Positions 1 through 32,852 of a stretch of 64,000 nt of DNA are shown piece by piece (the stretch's first letter is position 1; the number at the start of each line of letters is the position of its first letter). The notes under the pieces were generated by a model. It did no database searches. It was not told where the DNA came from and saw only the letters and a program-made list of their open reading frames with translations. The stretch covers positions 6,879,962 to 6,943,961 of the forward strand of contig CAVNZM010000007.1 of the NCBI GenBank assembly GCA_963693365.1, in the 5' to 3' direction. A program made the translations under genes and the position numbers. The stretch is from Amoebidium appalachense. Its lineage: Eukaryota; Protista; Ichthyosporea.

Positions 1-1306
1 TATTTGCTTTTTGACTGGATTTTTGTAAGACAGGCGACCACGCGAGCACATGTGCGGCCGTAGTGCTTGTATACGTAAGACCACTGGATATCGATCCGCA
101 AAAGCTACCACTAATATTGTTTTTCTTGAGGAAGAGATCTTTTTTAGCTTCTTCTTAGCTATAATTTTTTTTTTCCTGTTTTACTGTCCTTGTAAGCTTA
201 GCTCATAGTATCACGAACGCGGACTTTATAGCAGCAAGGAAATGTGCATCAGTTTTTGATTGGCTCTCAAATGAAACGAATACTCGACACTGCTCGTGAG
301 CAGAGAAGGCGCCAGAAAAAAGCAGTGGCTTACCGTTTTTTGAGAACTCTTAGCTGCTTGGAATCAAGCTCAATTTTTGTTCTATATAAATATTTCTTCT
401 TCCTACTAAGAGATCATCTTTTTATAATGACAATTTGTCTGAGGGTGGCATGACTGGCATCAAAGTGACGGGATCTATTCCCACGCTTTGCTTGGGATGT
501 TTTATTATGACGCAATATTGAGCCACAAGGTCCAATCGGGTGCTTCACACAGATTTGTCCTGGCGCAATCTGGTGGGGGTCCAACTTGCCAACCGTCCAA
601 GGCTCAATTTCTAGCCTGGTGAGAGAACAAAAAAAAACAGTGATCGTCCAGAAATTGGATTTATGGAAGCCCAAAACAAGTTCATCTATAATTATTCCAT
701 ACCCTTTTTTCCCTCGCAAACTCTGCCTTGGTGCATCTTTAGGTTTGAACAGGTGCCCGGGCCGATGAAATCGTAATCTTTTTGCACCCACTCTGGAAGT
801 TACGAAACCGAGTAAGCGTTTTCATTGGCTTTATGCCGAATTATACAGGGTCTGCAATAGCGTGGACGCTTTACAGGCTGCAAATCTAAAATTTGATGAT
901 TGAATCCACACCTACACCCTCAAATCCTTTAACAAATTTCAATCAAACCCTAAATTAATGATTACACAACTAATAAATCGGCTGGGTTTGAACCCTTCGC
1001 TTCGCGCCAGAATACCCTCTGCGTTCGTCACCGGAGAAACATAATGGCCAGTGCTGCCCTTCTGAATGCCAGTTTGGTGCTTGTCGTGGTTTCAAAGCGA
1101 GCCTTGCAGACGTTTCCACTTTTGCCTATCAAGTTGACTCAAAAACACGCCCAAAATAATGCTGTAAACGCGCTAACAAAAAAGGGCTAAGAGGAAAAGT
1201 TAGTTTAGTAGAAGGCTCACTTTTTACCATAGTACAAGCACACCTCTACACACTCCGTGTAGCACACTAGTAGACCTACGCACACCATTATACTGACACT
1301 TTCAAG

Positions 1307-2332
1307 ATGGTGGAGTTGGCACGCGAACCATTGCACAAGCCCGAGGAGGGCGGGTCTAGACACTACAAAATTCAGAGGTTGATAAACCGTGGCAACTTTG
1401 CACAAGTATACCTCGCACTAGACGAAAATACGCAGAAGGAAGTAGCTTTAAAGATCATAACAACATCCTCGCGTCAAGCAGAAGAGTCCATAGCAAAAGA
1501 AATGGACATTTCTGTGCGCGCAGTACACCCAGCGATTATCCGTACATACGAGGCTTTTAAAGACAGTGACGGGCAAACTTATATCGCACAAGAGCTAGCC
1601 AAGGATGGTGACCTCTACGACTATCTCATGGAACACGGGTCCTGCAAACCACACGAAGAACAGAGGCTAAAGGACGTGTTCAAGCAAATTGCCTCCGCGC
1701 TTGACTACCTCCACAACACCCTTCACGTAGTCCATCGCGATGTCAAGCTCGAAAACGTTTGCATCGTCCGCTCGGAAAACCCAACGGAAACCCCAACGGT
1801 TCGTCTTTTAGATTTCGGCCTCGCCGAAGAGATTCCAGAAGACGGCAAGTTGAGAATTCGTCCGGGGCTCGTTGGTACCTCAGTATACATTGCGCCAGAG
1901 GTCGTGTCACTGCGCAGACGTGGTGGTGTTCTGTGTGACCCAACCAAACAGGACAGTTTCGCGCTCGGTGTCATGCTCTACGCCCTACTAACGGGTAATT
2001 TCCCCTGGGACGAAGCCAACGAAAACGATTTGGACTACGCTGATTTCGCAGCGCGATTGGCGGCTGGTGAATCGGGGGCGGTTTTCGGGATTGATCCGAG
2101 CAAGTTGGGCCTTAGTCAGCACGTTGCCGAACTCCTACATGGGTTGCTTGAACCCGAGCCAAGCAAGAGATTGACACCTATGGAAGCTGTAGAGAAAATC
2201 ATAGACCTGCCGTGGTTTGTGCAGGAAATAACCGTGGGGGCATGTTTTACTGGCCCCCAACACTCCTTTGAGCATATCGCGGGAGTATTGGCCCCCGCCG
2301 CCGGGGCACCCACTACTGTTAAATCCTTGTAA
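1307..2332 (+). CDS. Intronless Ser/Thr protein kinase, SBK1-like
   Basis: 341-aa ORF with the catalytic motifs: G-loop (INRGNFAQV), VALK, HRDVKLEN, DFG, GTSVYIAPE. AQELAKDGDLYD and LLTGNFPWDEA..D.DY.DF resemble my recollection of the SBK family. Confidence 0.93.
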   Translation: MVELAREPLHKPEEGGSRHYKIQRLINRGNFAQVYLALDENTQKEVALKIITTSSRQAEESIAKEMDISVRAVHPAIIRTYEAFKDSDGQTYIAQELAKDGDLYDYLMEHGSCKPHEEQRLKDVFKQIASALDYLHNTLHVVHRDVKLENVCIVRSENPTETPTVRLLDFGLAEEIPEDGKLRIRPGLVGTSVYIAPEVVSLRRRGGVLCDPTKQDSFALGVMLYALLTGNFPWDEANENDLDYADFAARLAAGESGAVFGIDPSKLGLSQHVAELLHGLLEPEPSKRLTPMEAVEKIIDLPWFVQEITVGACFTGPQHSFEHIAGVLAPAAGAPTTVKSL

Positions 2333-3272
2333 GGAAATATTATTGCAAACAGTAACTTGTGTGCTGTTTGGGTTGTGTCGGAGAACATATTTTGTCGAAT
2401 GATTTCATGAAAGTTTATGATGCTTTGGATCATGTTGTGCTTACGAATGGTTGTAACACTTCTGTCGCGATATGTAGTTAGAGGGACCCAAGGTGCTCTC
2501 TTAATATTACTACGCTTTTGGTGCTTAGATGATTAACATCAACTTCTTTGTATTCTTTTGTAGATAGGCTTCCCTGGTCCTTTTTAATTTTACGCTGCTA
2601 TTTATAAATATAACAATGGTTTCCATCGGAATATGTACTGGTAGGCAGGCCCACCATGTACAATAAATACAACTACCTATTGAGGTAGCACTTATTTTTA
2701 AAGAAAGAGTATACTCACGTGTGTTTCTTGGCCGTTGAAAATCTCAAGACTGAGAATGATTTTTTTTGTTTACGTACTGCGGCGCCCAGCTGGCACAGAC
2801 TGGACGTGCCAGCAATAATTTTCAAAGTTTCGCATTTTTGTTTGCCGTTTTCTGTAATGTTACATACCACCTTCTTTGGGTGGGTACATGCCAGCAAACA
2901 AAAGCCATGTATTTCAGTAAATGTGTCATCCGTTTTCAAGTCTTTGCGGCTTTAAAATATTCTGTTGCAGGCATTTACCCGTTATCCCAATCATTACTTT
3001 AGACTATTTGTTAAACAGCAAAAAGTATGACATATTCTATGCAACAGACTCTTGTATGGCTAACATTTTTGACAATTGTAGACCTCCATAGTTGAGTTTG
3101 TATGTGCAGCTTTGGCAGTCTTACGGTAGAATTCTCGTTTTTGGTATACATAGTTGGATATCCGGTGAAGCTATCTCAGCAACTATCTCCTTGTGTCTAT
3201 GGCAACTGTACTATACATATATCCATTCTTTGCCCTGTCTGATGCCCCGATCGAAATAAAATCTATTATGAA

Positions 3273-3303
<31 letters not shown>

Positions 3304-4371
3304 TCTTCTGTCAACAGCAGGGTACATAATCGCATCAAAAGCCTGATATGTATACCAGCTCATTTGAGCAGGTGGCACAACGGTTTCAAACTGTGCGCAT
3401 TTCATGCTGTGATCATGGGCGCTGGGGTGATGGATTGCTTACGCACACGGCAAACAGGGTACATGATGTTTTACGCGTATTTCATAGGACTGCAAGGCAT
3501 CAATGCCATATTAATTGCATTTATGCTCTATTATCGCCTCTGTATTTGCAACGGCATCTCCGGGTCCCCTCAGTTCAAATGCTTGCACGTGCCACGAGCT
3601 CTGATTACGCCAAGCAGTACTAATCAATTGTGTGCACGTGACGGGATCAACACCAATTTTTGTGTGTGGATGCTTGCGCCCTTTTAATATGAAATTGAGA
3701 TTGTGGTGTTACAGTGCATATGGTAGTATGATATTGCATTTCCTCGATTGATGATGTGGGAAGGATAACTTCCCCCCCCTCCCCCCTCCTCGAGCCCCCC
3801 CCCCCTCCCCCCCCCCCCTCCCCCCCAACCCCCTCCGCCCCCTCCTCCCCCCCCCTTTCCCTCCCCCTTCCCTCCCCCTACCCCCTACCCCCCTTTCTTC
3901 CTCCCCCCATTTCCCCCTCCACCAAAAAAAAAAACAAAAAAAAAACGCGTCACTGCTAAGAAACCAACCACGTCTTTTCCTAGAAAGCCAACCTCGGAAG
4001 TTGCGCTCCCGTTCTCTCCCTCCTAGCCGCCCACCCCCCCCCCCCCTCCCCCCCTCCCCTCGGAGTCTCCCCCCCCCCCCCCCTCGGCCTCCCCCCCCCC
4101 CCCTTCCCCCCCATTCCCCCCTTTACCCCCGTCCCCTCCCCCTCCCTCTTCCCCCTTCCCTCCCTTTCTCTCCCTCTCCCCCCCCCCCTCCCCCCCGGGG
4201 GCCCGAATGCCGAAAATTAGAGAACAATAGAGCGCAGAGTGCAGCAGAATTCGAAGAAGAAGAAAAGGAGGAAACTGGGGGGAGGGGGGGGGGGGGGGAG
4301 GACAAGGAACTGCAAGAAATTTAGAATTAAAGAAAGAAAGGGAAATCTAAACGAGAATTTTTCCTGGAAGA

Positions 4372-4440
4372 GAGAGTTGTACCGCATGAAGCCTTAATGC
4401 TAAGGAGAGTTGTACCGCATGAAGCCTTAATGCTAAGGAG
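4372..4440. repeat. Perfect 33-bp tandem duplication
   Basis: GAGAGTTGTACCGCATGAAGCCTTAATGCTAAG occurs at 4372-4404 and 4405-4437. Confidence 0.95.
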
Positions 4441-4559
4441 CCTGTACATGTGCATATGTAGATCATTTGACCCCCTAACCCCTCACGGTGCTAAGCGCAG
4501 GGGCCTGCGCTCGAGCAACATCCTTTACATTACCCCCCCCCCCCCCTCCCCCCCCCCCC

Positions 4560-4590
<31 letters not shown>

Positions 4591-5047
4591 ACACCACCAC
4601 CACCACCACCACCACTACCACCACCCCTTCCTCTCTCTTGCTCGAGCTCTACTTACAGATATGTACCCTCCCTAGCTTTTCTTCCCATATATAGATATCA
4701 CACGCGTTCGATCACACAATAACAGTAAAACCATGGCTACACACATCAGTAAGACCGGCAAATCATGTCTCGCTGTTTGTAGCTGTCTTGATATGCATGA
4801 ACAGTGCACACTGTCAGGTTATGTGTGTTTGACAGTGTGTATACGGTGAACGAAACTCAATAAGCTTGCTGTTCGGTGCGCAAATCACTGAGTACTTCCA
4901 TTGGTAACTTACGCTGTCCAGGGGTTCATTTTTTATTTTTTTTAAAAAAGGACTTTTTGGTTTGGGGGGGACGGAGGGGTACGGTGGTAGTGATGGTGAT
5001 GGTGTACCGGTGGTGGTGGTGGTGATGGTGAGGAGGGGTGGGAGAGA

Positions 5048-5079
<32 letters not shown>

Positions 5080-7039
5080 TGGTTCCTGGTATTAGGCGTC
5101 CAAGTGTTTTTTTTTTTTGTTTGTTTTTTTTTGTTGGGGGTGGGGGGGGAGGGGGGGGATGGGGGGGGCGGAGAGGAGGGAGAGGGGAGGGGGGGGGGGG
5201 GGGGGGGGGGGGGGGAGGGGGGGAGGGAGGCTGAGACTGAATCAGTTGTTTCACGGCTTGAACGTGTATGCTCAACCATTCAATGCTGTATGCTGAACCA
5301 TTATGCGTGTGTACGTGTACATGTGTATGGTTGCCATGGTTATGTAAACTTGTAAATCGGAAACCCAGTGGAGCCGCAGGATATAGTGTGTGTGTTGGTG
5401 CGATTGGGCCGGTTACGGTGAACGTTTGTGCACGTCACGGTGTATGTGTACACATGTGTGTGTGTGTGTGCACTTGCATTTCAGGGTAGGGAATAGATAG
5501 AACAGGAGGGAGGAGGAGGGGGATCCAACTGAGGGTAGGATGGAGTGGGGGTGGTCATGGTGGTGGTAAGAGGCGGGAGGAGGGGTTTATGGAGAATCTA
5601 TTTCAACGTTACATGGTAAAAAAGCCCACATGCCACAGCAAGTGCGATCTTTCCGTCCAAGATCCGATGGTCCATCCATAAATTCCGAGATACATTCATA
5701 ACGGCGTGATACGCTCGGCAAAGTTTTGGTTTTAAATTTTCTGTGTGCCTATATGAGCCAGTACGTGCTGCCTAATTCCGAATTATTTTCGGTCCGTCCT
5801 TGGACTCTGTGAGAAACTTTGCTGTGTGCCGCCACGGCATCACTGGATTCTTCCAGCTAGATGTATAGTGCTACAGAAAAAATCGGATTCTCTACATGAA
5901 ATTTTTTCTTTCCAATATATCTCGCTCGTGGTACAACGGTTATACCCAAACGCCCGGGCGGGGCCCGGCCTTCATACTCCCCAAACCATTCCCGCAATAT
6001 CCATATATATATCCCCCTGCCCCTCCTCCTCCCCCCTCCCGGCCCCCTCCACCAACACCTCTCCCCTCCCCCCACCCCCTGTACCCCCCCCCCCCCTCCC
6101 CCCTCACAGTGTCTTCCCCCCCCCCCCCCCAATGAAAACCCCAAGCTTCCGGCCCCTCCGTCCCATGTACCCCCCTTCCCCCCCCCCCCCCCCCCTCCCC
6201 CCCCCCCCCCCCCTTACTAAACAAACTCCGGCTGCAGCGGGACGGTGCCAACAACTGCTCACTGAATGTCCACTTCCCTTGCCGCCGCGTTAATTGCATG
6301 CTAAATCGGGGTAGCCCCCCCCCCCCCACCCCCCCCACCCCCCCCCCCCCCCCAACCACCCTCTCTCCTCCTCCATCATCAACCCTTTTCGTCTACCCCC
6401 ACGGCCATTACTACGACGGACAGTGTGTACTCATGTACTGCAGGCCCAACCCACTATGTAGCTGGGGTGTAATGGGGTACAGCGGGTGCTTACAGCGGGT
6501 GCTTAAAGGAAGACTGTAGCTCCAAATTCTAAAGACCCCCCCCCCCCCCCCCCCCCCCCCTCCACCCCACCCCCACCCCCCCGGCCCAAAAATTCCTCGA
6601 CATGTGGACACGTCATGCATATCAGGCATACCCTCCTCACACTACATATGTACCAAACGCAAGCACGCAGGACCGTGCGCGTGTCCGGCAGTGCTCCAGC
6701 ATCACATGGCTGAAACTTGACGCGAGCACCATGTACATGCATGTGGAAGCCGCAACATGTACATCGGAGAATTTTATGATGAGACGACAAGCCCATGTGG
6801 CGAGTAACTGTGAACACTGTTGTGCGGCTGTCACAATCGCAAAAGGTTCGCGAGACCAACCAATCGCAATGTAATCATGTAGGACCAATAGTTTAGCATG
6901 TCACGCATGCATGCACGGAATACCACGTGTGTATTTACGTGCGTGTGGATGTAATGGACGTGTACACGTGTGTGTGCACACGTGTGTGCATCAAATGTAC
7001 ATGTCATAATCAGTGTATTTGTGTACAGTTGTATGTGTG

Positions 7040-7084
<45 letters not shown>

Positions 7085-7110
7085 CTGTGTGTGTGTGTGC
7101 GTGTGCACCC

Positions 7111-7165
<55 letters not shown>

Positions 7166-7793
7166 TGTGCATGTGGTGTGCGCAATCGATTAGTTTATGT
7201 GTGTGTGTGTGTGTTTGTGTTTGTATGTGTGTACACGTATGTGTGTGTGCGTGTGCACATGCGTGTGCACGTGCATATGGTGTACACATGTACATGTGTG
7301 TGCGCGTGTGTGTGTGTGTACATGGATGTGTGTGTGTCACGGTACAGTTAATATTAGTTCCAGTCGTGCGCAGAGGGCGTGTAGGTACACTTGGTTACAT
7401 TTGTGCACAGGTTTGCGGGTGTGTGTGTGTGCACGTGCGTGTGTGGTGCGTGTGCGTTTGCGTGTGCGTGTACGCGTATACGTACGTGCACTGGTGCGTG
7501 TACACTTGTGTGCGTGCCTGTGTACACTTGTAGATGTGTTTGTGTATGTTTGTGTGTGTTGCGTATGTGCGTGTACATTTATAGGTACTAATGTGTACAC
7601 GTGTGTGCATGTGTGAAGATTTCGCGATCTAGATGCGGTGCGTGTTAAACCAATCAAACCATTTAAATTTATTCTTTGAAAAGCAACAAATCAGCAAACA
7701 GGAGTGCAAGCCTAACTTAGAACCATTGGAATGTGGAGCGCCCCTGTGCGTCGCCTGTGTGCTGTGCCACAAAACTCTGGTGTTCACTCCATG

Positions 7794-7808
7794 TTTTCCT
7801 CTCTTTTC
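7794..7808 (+). promoter_or_regulatory. Pyrimidine tract upstream of RPS23 (5'TOP/TCT-like start, or a 5'UTR acceptor)
   Basis: TTTTCCTCTCTTTTC ends about 24 nt before the ATG, as is typical of ribosomal protein genes. The following GCACAG could instead be a splice acceptor. Confidence 0.5.
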
Positions 7809-7831
7809 GCACAGCCGAAAGATCGAACAAG

Positions 7832-10214
<2,383 letters not shown>

Positions 10215-10746
10215 ACATTTACTTTTTACAAGTAAATTGACCTGGAGTGTATATATCATGTTGCACCGAGTCACCTGCTGGGTACATGAGGCGAAATACC
10301 GCTTGTCCCCTATCCGAATGTACGCGTCTCCCACCTAATGCTAAGAATGTAAGGTGAAATGTTTGTGTGCGGACATGTTTTGTACAGCGCCTTCACACAT
10401 GTTACGGGCTACTCTGTGTGTGCGTGCGTGCCATATGCTGTTTCGATGTTGCATGCATGCACGATGCACCACACGACCCTGTTTAACACATGCACTCGTT
10501 CACACACATGCCCGTCTTGGACCCACTTTTTCATACAGACATCAATGACCTACATTGCATTTGCCCTATTCTTTTTACGTCAGTCTCCTATCGTCCGTCA
10601 CGCCGGATACTCGCGCGTCACCTACATGCACCACTGCCCGACCTCTCCGTCAAGTCTTTTCTCAGCCATATATCGTCTCCTCTGGGCCTATTAGCTTTTG
10701 TGTTTGTCGACATTCCCCCCCCCCCCCCCCCCCCCCATCACGCACA

Positions 10747-10875
10747 TCCCTGAGGATGGGCTCTGCTTATGACACATACTGTGCGCATGGCTATGTTGCA
10801 TACTTGAATGTTTGCCTTTGCATGTGTCCTTCGTGTATGCGTACTTCGTACCGTGTTCCACATTCAAACCCCCCC
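10747..10875 (+). mobile_element. Short poly(C)-tailed interspersed element, subfamily A, with target-site duplication
   Basis: TCCCTGAGGATGGGCTCTG...GTACTTCGTACCGTGTTCCACATTCAAA-C7, flanked by the direct repeat (C)nATCACGCACA at 10737-10746 and 10876-10885. Closely similar to the copy at 52065-52250 (-). Confidence 0.8.
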
Positions 10876-11149
10876 ATCACGCACACGCACGCACACACAC
10901 ACACACACACACAGCTGGTGAAGGAACCCCAAGTCCACACCTTTTGCTGGTAGGAGGTCAGTATACTGTACACAGACCGACCTTCACCCCACTCCTTTTT
11001 CACGCCCAGGGCACACCGTGCCAACACCTTTTTAATGCGTTTACCTGACACCCGTTTTGTTGTGCATTTGTGAGATTGTACATGTTCAAAACACCGCTCC
11101 TTTCCATACTGGAAGCTGAAATGGCTTCTTCGGCTAATCTGTATTAATA

Positions 11150-11180
<31 letters not shown>

Positions 11181-12531
11181 ACGGGCGCGGGACACACAAC
11201 ACATGCACTACACGCACACACTTTCCCTTACATGTGCAATATGCAACACAACGTTTCCACCAACACACACACCCACTGTAGAATTCATTTTTTTTTTTCT
11301 TGTTTGCTTCTGCCACATTGACGTTCTTGTCCGTACCACCACGTTTCTCGGGGTGGGCCCACTTACAGCTTTTATGTTCTAGGCCGTATTTGCACGCTTG
11401 CTCACACTTCGTATAAATTGGTAACGATATTTTTCCGCACGTGCATGCGACATTATGTACAGTGCACCTGCACCTGTACCAGTATGTCCCACGGCAAAGC
11501 ATACTTACTACATATGCATACATATAATAGTCACGTGTTGTTGCTCTCTTTTTTTTAGGGGGAGGAGGGGATGGGTCTGCTTATTGGAAAACCCTTGTCT
11601 TGAATTACTATTCACCCATTCAAGGGGGCTGAGGTGACAGGTGCATATGGTGTATGTGCATGCAGTGCTGTATGCGAGAGCTCGAAGTAAAGCATTCTGG
11701 GACAAATACCGCATTAGTGGACCACAACTCATGCCGTACGCCGTTTCCTTTTTTTTTGCTCTTGTAAGATGGAGCTCTTACAAAGGCGATTCAACTGTGA
11801 TAACATCCACACCCAATCGATCTCGATAAACTTGCAGAGCAGAGCACCATTTTGTATTCATGGTGTGCCGTGCACTGAAGTGACACCGGCCGGCCCATGT
11901 TTTGCAACGTTTGTATGAAGTCGGGTCACCTGATTCACTGCACGCGTACGGCCGCCGGGATATCATCTGTTACACATACTATAAGCAAGTATATCTACTA
12001 TGTACTACGGTGTCATTTATATAGGAAGACACATGTCCAAATATGCAATACGATATCCTTTTCCTTTTTTTCCCCAAATCACGTACAAGTGTCCCTTGCA
12101 GCCATGCGCATATGCATGGCCATGATGTGGCACCCCGGGGGCCCGATCTTGACCACTATGCACATGCATATATATGCTCACACGTACTGACGGTGTGCAC
12201 GCGCTGCGATGAACTTTACGTTCGCTGCAGGCCTTAGACTCCTCGCGACCGCGTGCATGCTTTCTGTCGCGGCGCCTCGACGGTTCGATAGAGTCCAGTG
12301 TTCGCTGAATGTGTAAGGAAAAATAAGGAGCCATCTCAGTAGGTTGCAGATGCATATGCGCACTGCCACTAGTACTGGGTATGTACACACCCACAGAATG
12401 GCACTACAAAAGCATAATAGGCTCACAGCTAAATGATCGTGAATATGTTTCAGTGTAACCAAGGCCTCTTAAATAGCACTCCTTTTTGCCATAGTAATCG
12501 AGGCCTTATGGTGTAACCTTTCCTTTGCCTC

Positions 12532-12581
12532 GAGCAAACAGCGTAAACCCCGTAAGGAGCAAACAGCGTAAACCCCGTAAG
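12532..12581. repeat. 25-bp tandem duplication inside a motif also found at 32006-32038
   Basis: GAGCAAACAGCGTAAACCCCGTAAG occurs twice; 12523-12555 matches 32006-32038 at 31 of 33 nt. Confidence 0.9.
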
Positions 12582-13209
12582 CAAAAGCACATGTGAACGC
12601 GTGGTTGGTGTCCACGTGCATTGATGACGTCACCGACGATTACGCAACTCTTGATCGATTCAAAGCTATGTCGGCCGGTGCCCAGTCAGTAGTAGTGAGT
12701 GCCCTTGGTTCAGAAAGAAAATCATGTTTGCAGAGTAGAACTTAGCGTATGTATAGGCTAGACACAGTAGAAATTAGTGTATGTATAGGCACAGTTGGGC
12801 AGAGCCTGCTTGCAAGCTGCCACTAGATCTGTTATACTTCATTCACAAGAGCTGCAGCTGCAGGAGCTCAAGGGTGCAGCCGGCGGAGGCAGATCTACCC
12901 TATCATAGCTTACTAGCCTGCTTTGGTTGGTGGTAGCAAGTTGCAAAGCACCTAACTTCAATTACGAAGTTTATTTTATAGTATGTCAGTATCGATGTCA
13001 CATTAGCACGGGCTTGCTAAGAGCTCGATTTTACTATGGCTGTAGAGGCTTAAACTTTGGTCTTAGACCAGCGGTGGGAGAAGAGCACCCAACGTGGTCT
13101 GAGCGCCGGTTTGAATCCAGAAAAACTTCTCGCTTCTTTCGTCGATTATTACCGCTATCAGAAGCACGAAACCACACTTAAGCAAGCACCTCACCTCTGA
13201 GAACTAAAA

Positions 13210-30396
<17,187 letters not shown>

Positions 30397-30756
30397 AGAT
30401 CTGATCCCTCATACATGTATCACACACACAAATCCCCCCCCTTAACCGCCACCACTACCACCACCACCACCATCACTTTCCGCCCCAGCCCTTCCTCTTC
30501 CTGGCCTTCCCTTGCCGCCAACGCCTCCCCTTGCATCTCTTCCCAACATACACACACACACACACACACACTCATGCACACACTCATGCACACTCTCACG
30601 CTCACACCAACTCCACTCACCCTTATCTTATGAATAGCGCGTCACGGCATGTGTTTCTTTGTAGGTCCCCTGAATGTTGAGTTGAATGAATCTACCCGTA
30701 AACTTCCCGTGCAGTTTTTTCTTTCGCTTTTACCCCCCCCCTCCGCCCCTCCCCAT

Positions 30757-30790
<34 letters not shown>

Positions 30791-31404
30791 AACACACACA
30801 CACGTGTGTGACACGTGACACGTAGCTTCGATCGTGGGGCTCCGTCATTATCAAAAGCATTTTTTCCCATTATGTGATATGTACTCTTGGCGTTATCTGA
30901 ATGTGTTGCCTTGTAGAATGTAATATTACTTTTTTCCCCGTGTTCCTTGATACTTGACAGCCTGACGTACACTATAGACAAGACTAAATAACTTTAATAA
31001 CATAGGGTAATAACATAGGTGGCGATCCCTTTATTATCATCTTTATACGAACTAAGTCCATACAGGCATAAGGCTTTAACATAGAACAGGGAATGTATGT
31101 CTTTATTGTAATGATGAATATTAGAGGTGTGCAATGAGTTATTGGAATGGCTGTTTGTACCATAAAGCTGTGCTACTTCATATAAGCTTACAGACCACCA
31201 ATATTATGGGGTGGTCCCAAAAAAAAAAAAAAGATGCTCCAAGGTGAGTTTTTCTCCACCGGCCCTGACACGCACAGTCATGCACGCGCGCACGGTGTCA
31301 CCCACACGCGTGGCACACATATACACTCACACACACTCACTCAACTCTTGTGTCCGCAGGCTGGATGAATGCACACGATCATGTCTGTACAGCCCTGCAT
31401 GCTG

Positions 31405-31435
<31 letters not shown>

Positions 31436-31504
31436 TTTCTTCCCATCCCTTCCCGCTTTCCAACGGCCCGTGTGTCCCCACAGAACCGATGATTCCCGGA
31501 GTCC

Positions 31505-31541
<37 letters not shown>

Positions 31542-31618
31542 CCCCTCTCCGGGGGCCACCAAAACCCACCCACATACACACGTACACACACACACATCAC
31601 TACAAAATCCTAACGCAC

Positions 31619-31723
<105 letters not shown>

Positions 31724-31751
31724 CCAGCTGATACCGAGTGTCCCAGGGGAG

Positions 31752-31813
<62 letters not shown>

Positions 31814-32852
31814 AAAAAAAACAAAAAAAAACGGGGAACCCCAACTAATTGATTTTTCTTAGTCTTTATGGTGTCTCGTAGAGAAAGTAAACCCTGATAT
31901 ATAGTCATCACCCGACATCTATGTACGTGATCATATGTACGTGATCATGATATACCGCTGAGGGGATATTCCGAGCAAAAACCCCCATACCTGAGACTGG
32001 TCTCTCTTTGCCTCGAGTAAACAGCGTAAACCCCATAAAAAAAATCCCCAAAAACGGGGGGTACGACAAGTGTATGCTATGGCGGGGATGGCCAATGGCC
32101 ATGCCGGGCATGCGCACATGCACCGCTAACAAAAGATAATCCTATTGTAAATGGTACTGCGCCATGATAAAAATGATGTTCTCATTTTCTTTTCCTTCTG
32201 TCTTTCCTTTCTTTCTTTTTTTCTTTTCTTATTTTCATGTGCCGCTCGCGGCCACCCCGGCTTCACGTACAGCTACAGCTGACGCGCTCAGTGGTTCAAA
32301 TATCTGCGGTAATCGAGCTCTCCCCGGGAGAGATTATAATTGGGTCAATAGAAGAGTATGTATGCGCGTGGTGCAGTGTAGGCTCCACTACTATATTGGA
32401 AGCTGAGATAAAAGAAGCGCTTTAATCAGAGCAATAGAGCGCATATCAACATAAAATTAGTTATTTTTATACCCATGAATACAACAACATAAGTGAGGTC
32501 CATTGTGGAGTAGAAACGGGAATAGGCCAAAGGCACCGCGCCGCGCGCAGCCGGATCATCGTGGCTTTTGCTTTGCTACAAATCATGGCTGTATGTTGCA
32601 GATCGTTTTTGCACCAATATTTCGAGCATACCGATTGGTGTTAGGCGAACAAAATTGACCAATCAAAGCCTGCTTTGGAATGTAAACAAATCCGATGCGT
32701 TCACGGCAACACCAAAACCACAACAACCCCACCGTGAACAGAGCCATTCACTTCATACATCTGAACAGGCATAATAGAACATCAAATCACGGTAAAATAG
32801 ATAGTATATAAACCTTTTCCATTGTGCTTTCTTTTGAAACAAACCAGCGAAA

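Noticed and set aside
975-1050. tRNA gene on the minus strand
   Set aside because: Only a T-arm-like motif is present; there is no cloverleaf.
3193-3687. 164-aa ORF with a hydrophobic stretch
   Set aside because: It spans a poly(G) tract, has no recognisable domain and no supporting exon structure.
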